A stretch of 63,820 nt of DNA from an uncultured Clostridia bacterium (GTDB lineage Bacteria; Bacillota; Clostridia; Christensenellales; Borkfalkiaceae), in assembly GCA_947245485.1 (NCBI GenBank), contig CAMXOH010000001.1, positions 1 to 63,820 of the forward strand, read 5' to 3'. Made by a program: the position numbers and the translations under genes. This document shows positions 1 to 8,560 of the stretch, piece after piece. How positions within the stretch are numbered: the first letter of the stretch is position 1; each line of letters starts with the position of its first letter. Under the pieces are notes generated by a model. That model saw nothing but the letters and a program-made list of their open reading frames with translations, made no database searches and had not been told where the DNA came from.

Positions 1-34
1 AATACAAACGTTAATCTGTAATTTAGCTGAATAC

Positions 35-122
35 TCGTCATTGCGAGGGAGCATCGCGAACGCGGCAATCCAGTCATTTTGTTCGTCTTTTCTGGATTGC
101 TTCACTGCGTTCGCAATGACGT
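35..122. repeat. Palindromic REP/MITE-like element, copy A
   Basis: Perfect 11-bp terminal inverted repeat CGTCATTGCGA (36-46) / TCGCAATGACG (111-121). It encloses a 9-bp inner inverted repeat GCAATCCAG (65-73) / CTGGATTGC (92-100). The same architecture recurs at 31267-31365. Confidence 0.85.
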
Positions 123-223
123 TCGTTAATTTACGCGATTTAAATTTCTTTTCCGCTGATTTTCTGCTCACAGGCAGTAGCCTCATTAGAACTCCGCTAC
201 TATCGCGGGGTTTTCGTTTACAC

Positions 224-253
224 AAAAAGGGCGGAGCTTTAAAAGCTCCGCCC
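224..253. terminator. Rho-independent terminator after the MerR gene (bidirectional shape)
   Basis: Hairpin GGGCGGAGC (229-237) / GCTCCGCCC (245-253). The A-run on + gives a T-run on -. It lies 6 nt past the stop at 259-261. Confidence 0.75.
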
Positions 254-258
254 CCGAC

Positions 259-975
259 TTAATCGGAATAAGTTTCGGTATGAAAGTTTTTCTTTCCGCA
301 GTGCGGACAAGTCAGTTTACGCGTCTTGGGAGTGTGCGCCGAAAAGAAAAATTCCGCAAGTTTGGGACGGAACTTTTCCCCGCATTCACAGCAGATATAA
401 GCGAGATTTCTATGCGCGAGCAGAACAAGGGCAAGCACGAGCAAAACGACGCAAGGCGCCGATATCGCAAACGGCAACCACATTCCCTTAACCGCCCAAA
501 GTACTATCGAAGCGATGAGCGCCGCGTCCGCGACAGCGCCTCCGACGAGCATTCCCGCATAAGTCGCCCTTAGTTTTGTTTTACCTTTCATAATAATACG
601 TACGTCAGAAAATGAGTTTTTGGGCATTGCTTTGCCTTCCGCAAGATACTGTTTAATTACTTTTACGCTTTCGCGTTGGGAAAGTTTTTGACGGATTTCT
701 TCGTCGAGATTTCTCTCCCTTTCGTTCAGCACGGAAAGCAACACTTTACGGCTGTTCTCTTCGTCGGACAATACTTCTTTGATTTGGGCAAGACTCAACC
801 CCAACTCCTTATAGGCGCAAATGAGTTGCATTGTTTTAAGGCTGTTTTCGCCGTAAACTCTTCTGCCGCCCTCGGATAGTCCGTCGGGTTTTAAAAGTCC
901 TTCCCTGTCGTAATACTGTACGGTGCGAACGGTTATACCGCAAAGTTCTGCAATTTCACCCGTTGAATATGACAT
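259..975 (-). CDS. MerR-family transcriptional regulator with two C-terminal TM helices and a CxxC...CxxC zinc ribbon
   Basis: N-terminus MSYSTGEIAELCGITVRTVQYYDREGLL is a typical MerR HTH. GGAGG lies 5 nt upstream of the ATG at 975; the ORF-track start at 996 is a GTG inside the leader. Hydrophobic stretches and CCECG...CPHCG are present at the C-terminus. Confidence 0.85.
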   Translation of the reverse strand: MSYSTGEIAELCGITVRTVQYYDREGLLKPDGLSEGGRRVYGENSLKTMQLICAYKELGLSLAQIKEVLSDEENSRKVLLSVLNERERNLDEEIRQKLSQRESVKVIKQYLAEGKAMPKNSFSDVRIIMKGKTKLRATYAGMLVGGAVADAALIASIVLWAVKGMWLPFAISAPCVVLLVLALVLLAHRNLAYICCECGEKFRPKLAEFFFSAHTPKTRKLTCPHCGKKNFHTETYSD

Positions 976-994
976 ACTTACCTCCTTTAAGCAC

Positions 995-1025
995 ACTTTA
1001 CAATATTACGCAACGTAACGAGCAA
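995..1025 (-). promoter_or_regulatory. MerR-type promoter candidate with 19-bp spacer containing a dyad
   Basis: On the minus strand: TTGCTC (1020-1025), 19-nt spacer, TAAAGT (995-1000). The dyad TTACG-N3-CGTAA (1006-1018) sits inside the spacer. Confidence 0.35.
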
Positions 1026-1072
1026 GCGTTTTTACAAACTTTTTTTGAAAAATTTTAAATTTTTTTAGTTTT

Positions 1073-1855
1073 TCACGCGCCTGCAAACGTTTTTATAACC
1101 GATTTGAAGATTGCGGTGAACCCCGCCCAAAAATCGGGTATTTTGTCAAGCTCCGCATAAAGAACGGTTTTCATAATTTCATATTCGGTTTTAAGTACGG
1201 AAAGCACTGAGCCTTCCGCACTGCTTTTGCCGAGCGCGATTTTACCGACGGCTATGTCGCCGACGGCGATATAACCGCCGCAGGCGTACCCGCCCAGCGC
1301 AAACGCGCCGATTGCCGCGCCGCCCACGGAAAACACGCCTACCGCAAGTCCGCCGAATGCGATAACGCCCAAAGCCGCGCCGCCGAATGCGACTATGCCG
1401 AAAGACAGGCTTGCAAAACTCAACAGTCCGAGACTGATAATTCCGAACGCAAGCGCGCCCAAACTCACCAACCCGAACGACACAACGCCAACCGACACAA
1501 GTCCTACCGAGAAGAAGCCTTTCGCCACTCTGCCTAAACCTATATTTATATGGACGAGGGGCAGACTGCCTATATGCGCATTACTCTTATATTCGAAATA
1601 TAAGTTATTCAAACTGAACACGGCTTTGCCCTTCTCTTCGGGTGATTCGTCCGCAACCTCGTTGTAGTTGAGAAGATAGTCGCAACTGACGCCGAACATA
1701 CGGCTCATCTTGACGAGAGTATCGGTTTCGGGAAAAGCCAAATCGCTTTCCCAACGCGAAACTGCCTGACGGGTGACGCCCAACGCCCCAGCAAGCTGTT
1801 CCTGCGAAAGTTTCTTGTTTTTTCTGCACGCGGCAATTTTTTCGCCCGTAGTCAT
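1073..1855 (-). CDS. XRE-family HTH regulator fused to a hydrophobic pentapeptide-repeat region
   Basis: N-terminus KLSQEQLAGALGVTRQAVSRWE is an XRE HTH. RBS GAGAGGTG precedes the ATG. The C-terminal half has Gly at every 5th residue. Confidence 0.85.
   Translation of the reverse strand: MTTGEKIAACRKNKKLSQEQLAGALGVTRQAVSRWESDLAFPETDTLVKMSRMFGVSCDYLLNYNEVADESPEEKGKAVFSLNNLYFEYKSNAHIGSLPLVHINIGLGRVAKGFFSVGLVSVGVVSFGLVSLGALAFGIISLGLLSFASLSFGIVAFGGAALGVIAFGGLAVGVFSVGGAAIGAFALGGYACGGYIAVGDIAVGKIALGKSSAEGSVLSVLKTEYEIMKTVLYAELDKIPDFWAGFTAIFKSVIKTFAGA
1229..1540 (-). repeat. Coding tandem pentapeptide repeat (about 21 units, hydrophobic-G-x-x-S/A)
   Basis: In the translation, Gly falls at residues 108,113,...,193 (one Ala substitution). 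After a 1-residue insertion it falls at 199, 204 and 209. Confidence 0.8.
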
Positions 1856-1962
1856 AATGCACCTCTCTTGAATTTATGACTTAATTATAACCCCGATGGC
1901 GGAAAAGAGCAACGGCGGAACGGTTGCATAATGTAACTTTTGAATTGCTTTGCGTTATTTTA

Positions 1963-1994
1963 CGCAAAAACGGCGCGGCAAAACAAGCCGCGCC
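1963..1994 (-). terminator. Rho-independent terminator after the GH105 gene
   Basis: Hairpin GGCGCGGC (1972-1979) / GCCGCGCC (1987-1994), followed on the minus strand by GTTTTTGCG. Confidence 0.75.
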
Positions 1995-2009
1995 GTAATT
2001 TCTTTGCCG

Positions 2010-3143
2010 TTAAAGCTGTTTAATCTCTGTATAAGCCATTACGAAAGGTCCCGTGCCCTTCGCGTCGTTTTCCACTATCGGCTCGGAAATGTAATACGCG
2101 TAAGAGCCGTCGCGCTTCCTGTTTGTTTCGGGTCCGAGTCCCGCCATCAGGCATATTCCGCCGAGGTTGAGCTTGCCGTCCGTTTGGGTAAGATACTGTC
2201 TGCAAATTCCGTTGAACACCTCTTCCCCGACTTTCGCAAATCTCTTATCCACTAAACCTAAACGCGCGCCCTTCATCATAGCGTACGCGAGCATCGCGCT
2301 GCCCGAAGTTTCAAGATAGTTCCCCTCTTGCCCGCCTTTATCCACAACCTGCCAAAACATTTTTTTGTCGGGTTCAATATATCTTTCCAGTCCTTCTACC
2401 GTATCTTTGAATATAGCCGTCAATTTGTTTTTAAGTTCCGCCGCTTCGTCCGAAAAATAACCGATTGCGTCTACGAGTCCGACGGTATACCAACCTACCG
2501 CGCGAAGCCAGAAGTTTTTGGAAAGTCCCGTATCTTTATCGCTCCAAAACGCGGCTTTGGAGCAGTCCCAACCGTGATAATACAGGCGTTTTTCCTTATC
2601 GTACATATTGTCGTAAACATTTTGAAACTGCCTGACTATATCGGCGTAATTTTTACCGCCGTTAAACTCCGTTTCATAGCGGGTATAAAAGACTTGCGCC
2701 ATATACAGTCCGTCAAGCCAAACCTGATTGGGATAAATTTTTTTGTGCCAGAAATTGCCCGTCGCCGTGCGCGGCTGTTCAGTCACCTGTTTATAGAGCA
2801 AATCTATTGCCTTTTTATATTTCGGCTTGCCCGTTTCGCGGTACAAATCGAAAAGTACCCTGCCTTCGTTAAGGTTGTCCACGTTGTACGTTTCGAGTTC
2901 GTAGCCGCGGATAGTACCGTCCTCGAACACGTAATAGTCCACGAAACCGTCTATAAAATCTAAATACTTTTTATTGCCCGTCTGTTTGTATATGGTGTAC
3001 AGCGAAGTCATCATACAGCCGTCTATATAGTTCCAACCGGCAGGTTTGCCGTGCTTTATATTCTCTATATTCCATATGGGCGCGGCGGGCGTAGAGTCGT
3101 CTATAAGCCGCTCTATATATTGAGCTATCAACGAATAATCCAT
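2010..3143 (-). CDS. Unsaturated rhamnogalacturonyl/glucuronyl hydrolase (GH105/GH88-like, YteR-like)
   Basis: 377-aa ORF resembling YteR/YesR-type hydrolases (WNYIDGCMM, FWHKKIYPNQVWLDGLYM). RBS GAGGGGA. Pectin-locus context. Confidence 0.8.
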   Translation of the reverse strand: MDYSLIAQYIERLIDDSTPAAPIWNIENIKHGKPAGWNYIDGCMMTSLYTIYKQTGNKKYLDFIDGFVDYYVFEDGTIRGYELETYNVDNLNEGRVLFDLYRETGKPKYKKAIDLLYKQVTEQPRTATGNFWHKKIYPNQVWLDGLYMAQVFYTRYETEFNGGKNYADIVRQFQNVYDNMYDKEKRLYYHGWDCSKAAFWSDKDTGLSKNFWLRAVGWYTVGLVDAIGYFSDEAAELKNKLTAIFKDTVEGLERYIEPDKKMFWQVVDKGGQEGNYLETSGSAMLAYAMMKGARLGLVDKRFAKVGEEVFNGICRQYLTQTDGKLNLGGICLMAGLGPETNRKRDGSYAYYISEPIVENDAKGTGPFVMAYTEIKQL

Positions 3144-3191
3144 TTCAATTTTCCCCTCGGATTTCCGTTCCGTATTTTATACGGACGCTTT

Positions 3192-4733
3192 TTATTTTTC
3201 TTCTATAAGTTCACCGATTTTTCCCGCAATGAGCTTTGCGCCTTCAACGCCGTCAAGCCGCACGTTTTTAAGAACGAGCTTTTCCACGTTGTCGGCATAA
3301 ATTCCGCCCTTGCAGTATTCGCGCACGCCCGTAGCCATAGCGGGCAGACTGGGTTTCGCGTCCTCTTTGAAACTTATGCTTACGTTTTCGATAACTATTT
3401 CTTTTATGGGCAGTTCGGAAAGTCCGTCGAAATATCCCGCCATACACTCGCAGTCTACGCATTCCAAATCGCGGAACTCGAATTTGCCCATATAGGGCGT
3501 TCTGTCGTCTACGGGAATATTCGCGTCGTGCGAATATACGTATTCCGTCTTGCCGTCGGGGTCGCAGAAGTAGTACATATTTATTACGAGCGGAGTTATT
3601 ACGTTTTCCATCTTAATATTTTCGAAACATACGCCGTCGATTATAGCGTACTTACCCCTGCCCCTGCGGGATTTTATTCTGAGTCCCCTGTCCGTATGAC
3701 TGAACAGGCACTGACCGACTGTAAGATTTTTCACGCCGCCGCTCATTTCACTGCCAAGCACGATTGCGCCGTGTCCGTCGCGGAACAGATTGTTTCTAAG
3801 CGTGTGGCGTTCGGCGGGAGTTTGATAGGTCATTCCCATATAGTACTTGCCGCTTTTCAGCGCGCAACAGTCGTCGCCCACGCTGAAATTGCAACCGACA
3901 ATTTCCACGACGTCGCAACTTTCGGGGTCAAGTCCGTCAGTATTGGGCGCGTTTGCAGGGCATTTAATGCTTATATCGTAGAATTTAAGATTTTTGGAAA
4001 AAAACGGATGGAAGTTCCACGACGCCGAGTTTTTACCCGTTATGCCGTGAAAGACAATGTCCTCGCACTTATTCAAAAACACAAGGCGCGGACGGGCGAC
4101 TTTTCTGCCCTTGGGCGTCGCCCACCACGTTGAATTAACGGCGTTGCCGTCGATGGTTCCCTCGCCGATTACCTTTATGTTTTTCTGCCTGTATGCCGAA
4201 ATGAGCGATTGGTGACAATCGTAAGGTTCGCCCTCCCAACTCGCAAGCACTTCTTCCTTTCCGTCAATGAACATACGCGCGGGAACGAGCGGGTAATGCT
4301 CTTCGACGGTATCGCCCAAAAGCGCTGCGCCCTTTTTGAGTTCGAGCGTGATATTGCTTTTAAGTTTGACGGGACGGATAAGATAAGTTCCCTCGGGAAC
4401 AACCACTCTTCCGCCGTCAGGGCAAATATCTATTGCCGTCTGTATAAAGAACGTATCGTCCGAAACGCCGTCGCCCTTCGCGCCCATTGCTTTCACGTCT
4501 AAACACGCTGTTTCTGGCAACGTGGTAAAGGTGATTTCTCCGCCGCAACTTGCCGCGACGGTGTATTTTGTGTCGGGCGTCAGGTTGAAAAGCGAAAACA
4601 CGTTTGTTTTGCGTTCGGTTTTTTCCTGCACTCCGTTTACAGTCAAAGTGTAACTTTCGGGGCAATAGTACGGCTCTTTATTTTGCATTTCAAAACAAGC
4701 GGAAACGCTTGAAACAAACAGTTTTTTAAACAT
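3192..4733 (-). CDS. GH28 exo-polygalacturonase-like glycoside hydrolase with N-terminal FN3-like domain
   Basis: GH28 motifs NTDGLDP, GDDCCALKSG, RDGHGAIVLGSE and RGLRIKSRRGRG. GGAGAG RBS. Overlaps the upstream gene by 8 nt. Confidence 0.9.
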   Translation of the reverse strand: MFKKLFVSSVSACFEMQNKEPYYCPESYTLTVNGVQEKTERKTNVFSLFNLTPDTKYTVAASCGGEITFTTLPETACLDVKAMGAKGDGVSDDTFFIQTAIDICPDGGRVVVPEGTYLIRPVKLKSNITLELKKGAALLGDTVEEHYPLVPARMFIDGKEEVLASWEGEPYDCHQSLISAYRQKNIKVIGEGTIDGNAVNSTWWATPKGRKVARPRLVFLNKCEDIVFHGITGKNSASWNFHPFFSKNLKFYDISIKCPANAPNTDGLDPESCDVVEIVGCNFSVGDDCCALKSGKYYMGMTYQTPAERHTLRNNLFRDGHGAIVLGSEMSGGVKNLTVGQCLFSHTDRGLRIKSRRGRGKYAIIDGVCFENIKMENVITPLVINMYYFCDPDGKTEYVYSHDANIPVDDRTPYMGKFEFRDLECVDCECMAGYFDGLSELPIKEIVIENVSISFKEDAKPSLPAMATGVREYCKGGIYADNVEKLVLKNVRLDGVEGAKLIAGKIGELIEEK

Positions 4734-5430
4734 TTATTGCACTCTCCTTTTTCCTTTGTCTGCCGACAATATACACAACCAAATCTTTTATGCCTATGAA
4801 TACCATATCCGCCAGCACCGTGAACACGCCGAAGAGCAGAGGTTCTATTCCCGCGTGTATGTGGTTCTGCGTATGCGCAACGGCGTTTATAATGAGGTTG
4901 AGTCCCATATACATATAATTGACGCACAAAATTACGAATACGTAGTAGAGAATATTCGTGAAAAATGTCCAGAAAGCCTTGAACGGAAAGGGAAACATCA
5001 TATACGCGTTGTATTCGCGTTTGTCGGTTTCCATATAGCGGAACAGCGGGTTGACGAGAACGTCCACGATTATACCCATCACCGCGCCCGTTAAAACTAC
5101 CGAGTCGAGCGTATCGCTTATACCGAGTCCCCATAAGATGAAATAGCACACCGCGCCCGCAAACCAAAACTTAACGAAAAGCGCCTTTAACCATGACGGA
5201 ACGCGCGAAAGCAAATCGGTCTTATACGGGTCGAACTGCCTGCGCTTTCCGCCGCGCGTGTAGTTTTTCGCGTCTTCCACGCCCGTGCAGTCGGCGATAT
5301 CCATAGATACCTCGCCGTACTGAGAAGTGTCCTCTCCCTTTAACGCGGCAACCAACTCGTCAACCTTATCGACTCTCAAATCGTAAAAGTTTTCTATCGT
5401 GGTTTCCTGAATTTTTTTCTTTTTAGCCAT
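4726..5430 (-). CDS. Polytopic membrane protein of unknown function
   Basis: Long ORF with a soluble N-terminal part then several hydrophobic helices. The start is uncertain: ATG 5430 or TTG 5460, neither with a clear SD. Confidence 0.65.
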   Translation of the reverse strand: MAKKKKIQETTIENFYDLRVDKVDELVAALKGEDTSQYGEVSMDIADCTGVEDAKNYTRGGKRRQFDPYKTDLLSRVPSWLKALFVKFWFAGAVCYFILWGLGISDTLDSVVLTGAVMGIIVDVLVNPLFRYMETDKREYNAYMMFPFPFKAFWTFFTNILYYVFVILCVNYMYMGLNLIINAVAHTQNHIHAGIEPLLFGVFTVLADMVFIGIKDLVVYIVGRQRKKESAINV

Positions 5431-5504
5431 AAAATACCCGTTCGGAAAAATAACCGACAAAAACGATTTTGCCGGTTATCTCCATTTTTGATTTTGTAAA
5501 TTTA

Positions 5505-6119
5505 TTATTCCTGTTCGGTGTCGAGCGCTTCGGTAAGCTGAGTAGATTCGACAACCTTTCTTGTATTGATTTTTTTAATCAGCTTGCCGTATAAGGGATA
5601 AGTCGCCGTAAGAAGAGCGGCAAGTCCCAAAAATATTGCGTGTACGAGAACGCCGTTAATCGCGCCGAATATGAATTTCCTTTTGGGAGCGAGCTGAGCG
5701 TCGCTAAGTACCTGGTCCGCAATCCACGCCTTGTTCCACTGAACGTAGAGGAGAATATCCAGTCCCAACATAACCGCCATAAAGACGAACGCGAGGACAA
5801 GCATAACTACTTTGGGTTTTTTAGCTCTCTTAGGGAACGCGTACATAAAAAGAAGCAGAACGAGAATCGAAAAGAGTGTATTGACGAATATGCTTATGGG
5901 CACGCCTTCCTTGGGATAACCCAAACCCGCCTGAGATATTTTACCCAAACTGAAAAGATATATAAGAGAAGAAACTATAAGCACGAAGAAAGCGACGTTC
6001 ATCGGTCTGCGTTTTAAATTGACGACGAACTTTCTTAACCGTTCCTTTATGCCCCCGCCTATTCTCGCGCCGAGCGAAGGCTTTTGTTCGGTTTCAATAA
6101 CGTTTTGATTTTCAGCCAT
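5505..6119 (-). CDS. 4-TM membrane protein of unknown function
   Basis: 204-aa ORF. AGGAGG lies 7 nt before the ATG. Four hydrophobic segments. Confidence 0.75.
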   Translation of the reverse strand: MAENQNVIETEQKPSLGARIGGGIKERLRKFVVNLKRRPMNVAFFVLIVSSLIYLFSLGKISQAGLGYPKEGVPISIFVNTLFSILVLLLFMYAFPKRAKKPKVVMLVLAFVFMAVMLGLDILLYVQWNKAWIADQVLSDAQLAPKRKFIFGAINGVLVHAIFLGLAALLTATYPLYGKLIKKINTRKVVESTQLTEALDTEQE

Positions 6120-6132
6120 ACGTTTTTCCTCC

Positions 6133-7227
6133 TTACCTTATAGCCTTTCCGGGCAACTCTTTGCCGTTTTCGTCTTTTGCGGGCAGTTCGAAGAAATGCA
6201 CCTTATCGGGGTCGAAGCCTATGTCGATTATATCCCCCGCCTTGTAATTGCACCATTCGGCAAATTTGCAGACTATATATTTAACGCCCGCAACCTTGCC
6301 GTGGACAAGCGTGTTCATTCCGAGATTTTCGTTATTGGTTACGTGAAGTTTTACGGGTCCCGGACGGATTATGTTCTCGGGACGGGCGCCCAAAATCACT
6401 TCCTTACCCTCGTAGTCCTTTAAAATTTCCCTGTGCTTCTCCGTAAGCGGATAGTCGAAAAGTTGGTTTTTGAAATGCCCGTTTTCAACTTTTCCCTCAA
6501 ACATATTCATAGGAGGAAGTCCTATGAAAGTTGCGACGAAAGTGTTTGCGGGTTTTTCGTACAAGTCGATGGGATTGCCGATTTGCTGAACGTGTCCCAT
6601 AGACATACATACTATTCTGTCCGCAAGCGTCAGAGCTTCCGTCTGGTCGTGCGTGACGTACATTATAGTTGCGTTAAGTTTTTTATGCAACAGTATGAGT
6701 TCGCGCCTCATAGAACCGCGCAGTTTCGCGTCGAGATTTGATAACGGCTCGTCGAAAAGGAACAGTTTGGGGTTACGTACAATCGCCCTGCCCATTGCAA
6801 CGCGCTGGCGCTGTCCGCCCGAAAGCTGCTTGGGTTTTTTATTGAGCTGCGTCTTCAAATCAAGAATTTCCGCCGCCGCCATAACCTTTCTGTGTATAAT
6901 CTCTTTATTCTCCTTGCGGAGCGTAAGCGAAAACGCCATGTTTTCGTATATAGTCATATGTCCGTACAGAGCGTAGTTCTGGAAAACCATCGCTATGTCT
7001 CTGTTCTTCGGCGGCTCTTTCGTGCAGTCCTTATTGTCGATAATAAGTTTACCTGCGGTAATGTCTTCGAGTCCCGCAACCATTCTGAGAGTCGTAGACT
7101 TGCCGCAACCCGAAGGTCCTACGAGTACTATAAATTCGCCGTCTTTTATATCGAGGTTGAAATCGTAAACCGCCTGAACTCCGCCGTCATAAATCTTATC
7201 GAGATGCTGAATATTAACTTCGGGCAT
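6133..7227 (-). CDS. Sugar ABC transporter ATP-binding protein (MalK/MsmX type)
   Basis: Walker A GPSGCGKST, signature LSGGQRQRVA, Walker B LFLFDEPLSNLD and a C-terminal TOBE-like domain. Overlaps the upstream gene by 1 nt (TAATG). Confidence 0.92.
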   Translation of the reverse strand: MPEVNIQHLDKIYDGGVQAVYDFNLDIKDGEFIVLVGPSGCGKSTTLRMVAGLEDITAGKLIIDNKDCTKEPPKNRDIAMVFQNYALYGHMTIYENMAFSLTLRKENKEIIHRKVMAAAEILDLKTQLNKKPKQLSGGQRQRVAMGRAIVRNPKLFLFDEPLSNLDAKLRGSMRRELILLHKKLNATIMYVTHDQTEALTLADRIVCMSMGHVQQIGNPIDLYEKPANTFVATFIGLPPMNMFEGKVENGHFKNQLFDYPLTEKHREILKDYEGKEVILGARPENIIRPGPVKLHVTNNENLGMNTLVHGKVAGVKYIVCKFAEWCNYKAGDIIDIGFDPDKVHFFELPAKDENGKELPGKAIR

Positions 7228-7868
7228 TATTTCACCTCCCCTTGCGCGTTCTCTTCCGCTGTCGCGTTTTTAAGCGCTTCGTCGAGGACGGCATCCGAAA
7301 CGGTGTGAACGGCGTTGGACGAATCCTTTTCGTCCATTCTCTTTATAACCTGCATTACGTCCACTTCTCCGCTTTCGACTTTCTTCATATGCGCTTCGAG
7401 TCTTGTAGCCTGAACCCAGCCGATTACCGCCGCGCCCGTAAGGCACGCCGCGGACGCAACGAGATAGACAACGAAAATCGTAAATATTATACCGCTTTGT
7501 TCTGGCGTAGGATAAAACCCGAAGTACCCCGCGGTGAGTATCTTATTTTTAAGTCCGTAGAGCGGATAACCGAAAATACGGAGTATCTGAAACGCCGCTA
7601 TTCCGAGAAGAACGTACGAAAAAGTTTTATTGTAATTCTTTACGTTTTCCGAAGAAAGGAACGTAGCAAGCAAAATTATGAGCGTTAAAATAACCGATAT
7701 GCCGATTGTTATCTTATAAAAATATTTGTCGTTTTCGGCGTACAAAAGCATAAAGTAGAGGCAGTTGAACACTAAACCCAAGAGCGCAAGCACCTGAGCC
7801 CATTTGTTCTTTTTATAGCGCATTATGTCGTGGCTTATGGTTATTTGGTCGGGAGTTTTCTTTTCCAT
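7227..7868 (-). CDS. 4-TM membrane protein of unknown function with acidic C-terminal tail
   Basis: 213-aa ORF. AAGGAGG RBS. 1-nt overlaps with both neighbours. Confidence 0.75.
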   Translation of the reverse strand: MEKKTPDQITISHDIMRYKKNKWAQVLALLGLVFNCLYFMLLYAENDKYFYKITIGISVILTLIILLATFLSSENVKNYNKTFSYVLLGIAAFQILRIFGYPLYGLKNKILTAGYFGFYPTPEQSGIIFTIFVVYLVASAACLTGAAVIGWVQATRLEAHMKKVESGEVDVMQVIKRMDEKDSSNAVHTVSDAVLDEALKNATAEENAQGEVK

Positions 7869-8467
7869 TACGCAACCTCCTTAACCGCTCCGTTTTCGAG
7901 AAGCCTTTTTTCGCCCTGCATAAGTTTGATTTTCCATACGAGATTTAAAATAAATCCAATGGCGTTGAGTATAAGTACGCCCGCTAAACAGAATCCGAGC
8001 GGCATAGTCCAGACGCTGTATTTCCAACTGCCCACAGGATAAATCGATTCGTAAATAGATTTTGCCTCTTCGAGATTTATCTTTGCAAGCAATCCCTGAC
8101 AGTTCACAACCATAGCTATAACAACGATTGCCGTAACAATTTGAATAGCGACAATAATTCCGGTTGCGACGTAATTAGTTACGTAGTATTTGCGCCTTGA
8201 CTGCGAACCCATAATATAGTTAAGGCAAACGCCCAAAATAAGTACTATACCGAGAATAAGCATTGTATCGCTGACGCCTTGCGTTGCGAAAAAGAAATCC
8301 CGCGCGCCCGCTAAACTTTCCACGTCGGTTTTAGCGTCGTACATATCCGAATTCTGCAACTGAAAAATAGTTCCGTTGCAAAAAATAAGTCCGTATACCG
8401 CAGTCAACGCCGCAATAATCAGCGACACGAGCATAAAGATTTTCTGAAATCGCATTTGAGTTTTCAT
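7868..8467 (-). CDS. 4-TM membrane protein of unknown function
   Basis: 199-aa ORF with four hydrophobic segments, in an operon with the ABC genes. Confidence 0.75.
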   Translation of the reverse strand: MKTQMRFQKIFMLVSLIIAALTAVYGLIFCNGTIFQLQNSDMYDAKTDVESLAGARDFFFATQGVSDTMLILGIVLILGVCLNYIMGSQSRRKYYVTNYVATGIIVAIQIVTAIVVIAMVVNCQGLLAKINLEEAKSIYESIYPVGSWKYSVWTMPLGFCLAGVLILNAIGFILNLVWKIKLMQGEKRLLENGAVKEVA

Positions 8468-8494
8468 AATCGATTTTCCCCATTGACTTACTCT

Positions 8495-8521
8495 GCGCGC
8501 CCGCCCGCAAGGCGGGCGCGC
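8495..8521 (-). other. All-GC 11-bp stem-loop between the binding-protein gene and downstream genes (no T-run)
   Basis: GCGCGCCCGCC (8495-8505), loop CGCAA, GGCGGGCGCGC (8511-8521). It is followed on the minus strand by AGAGTAAG, so it is not a canonical terminator. Confidence 0.7.
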
Positions 8522-8560
8522 CTGTAAGCCGTTTTATTTAGTCCGTTTGAAATAACTTAA

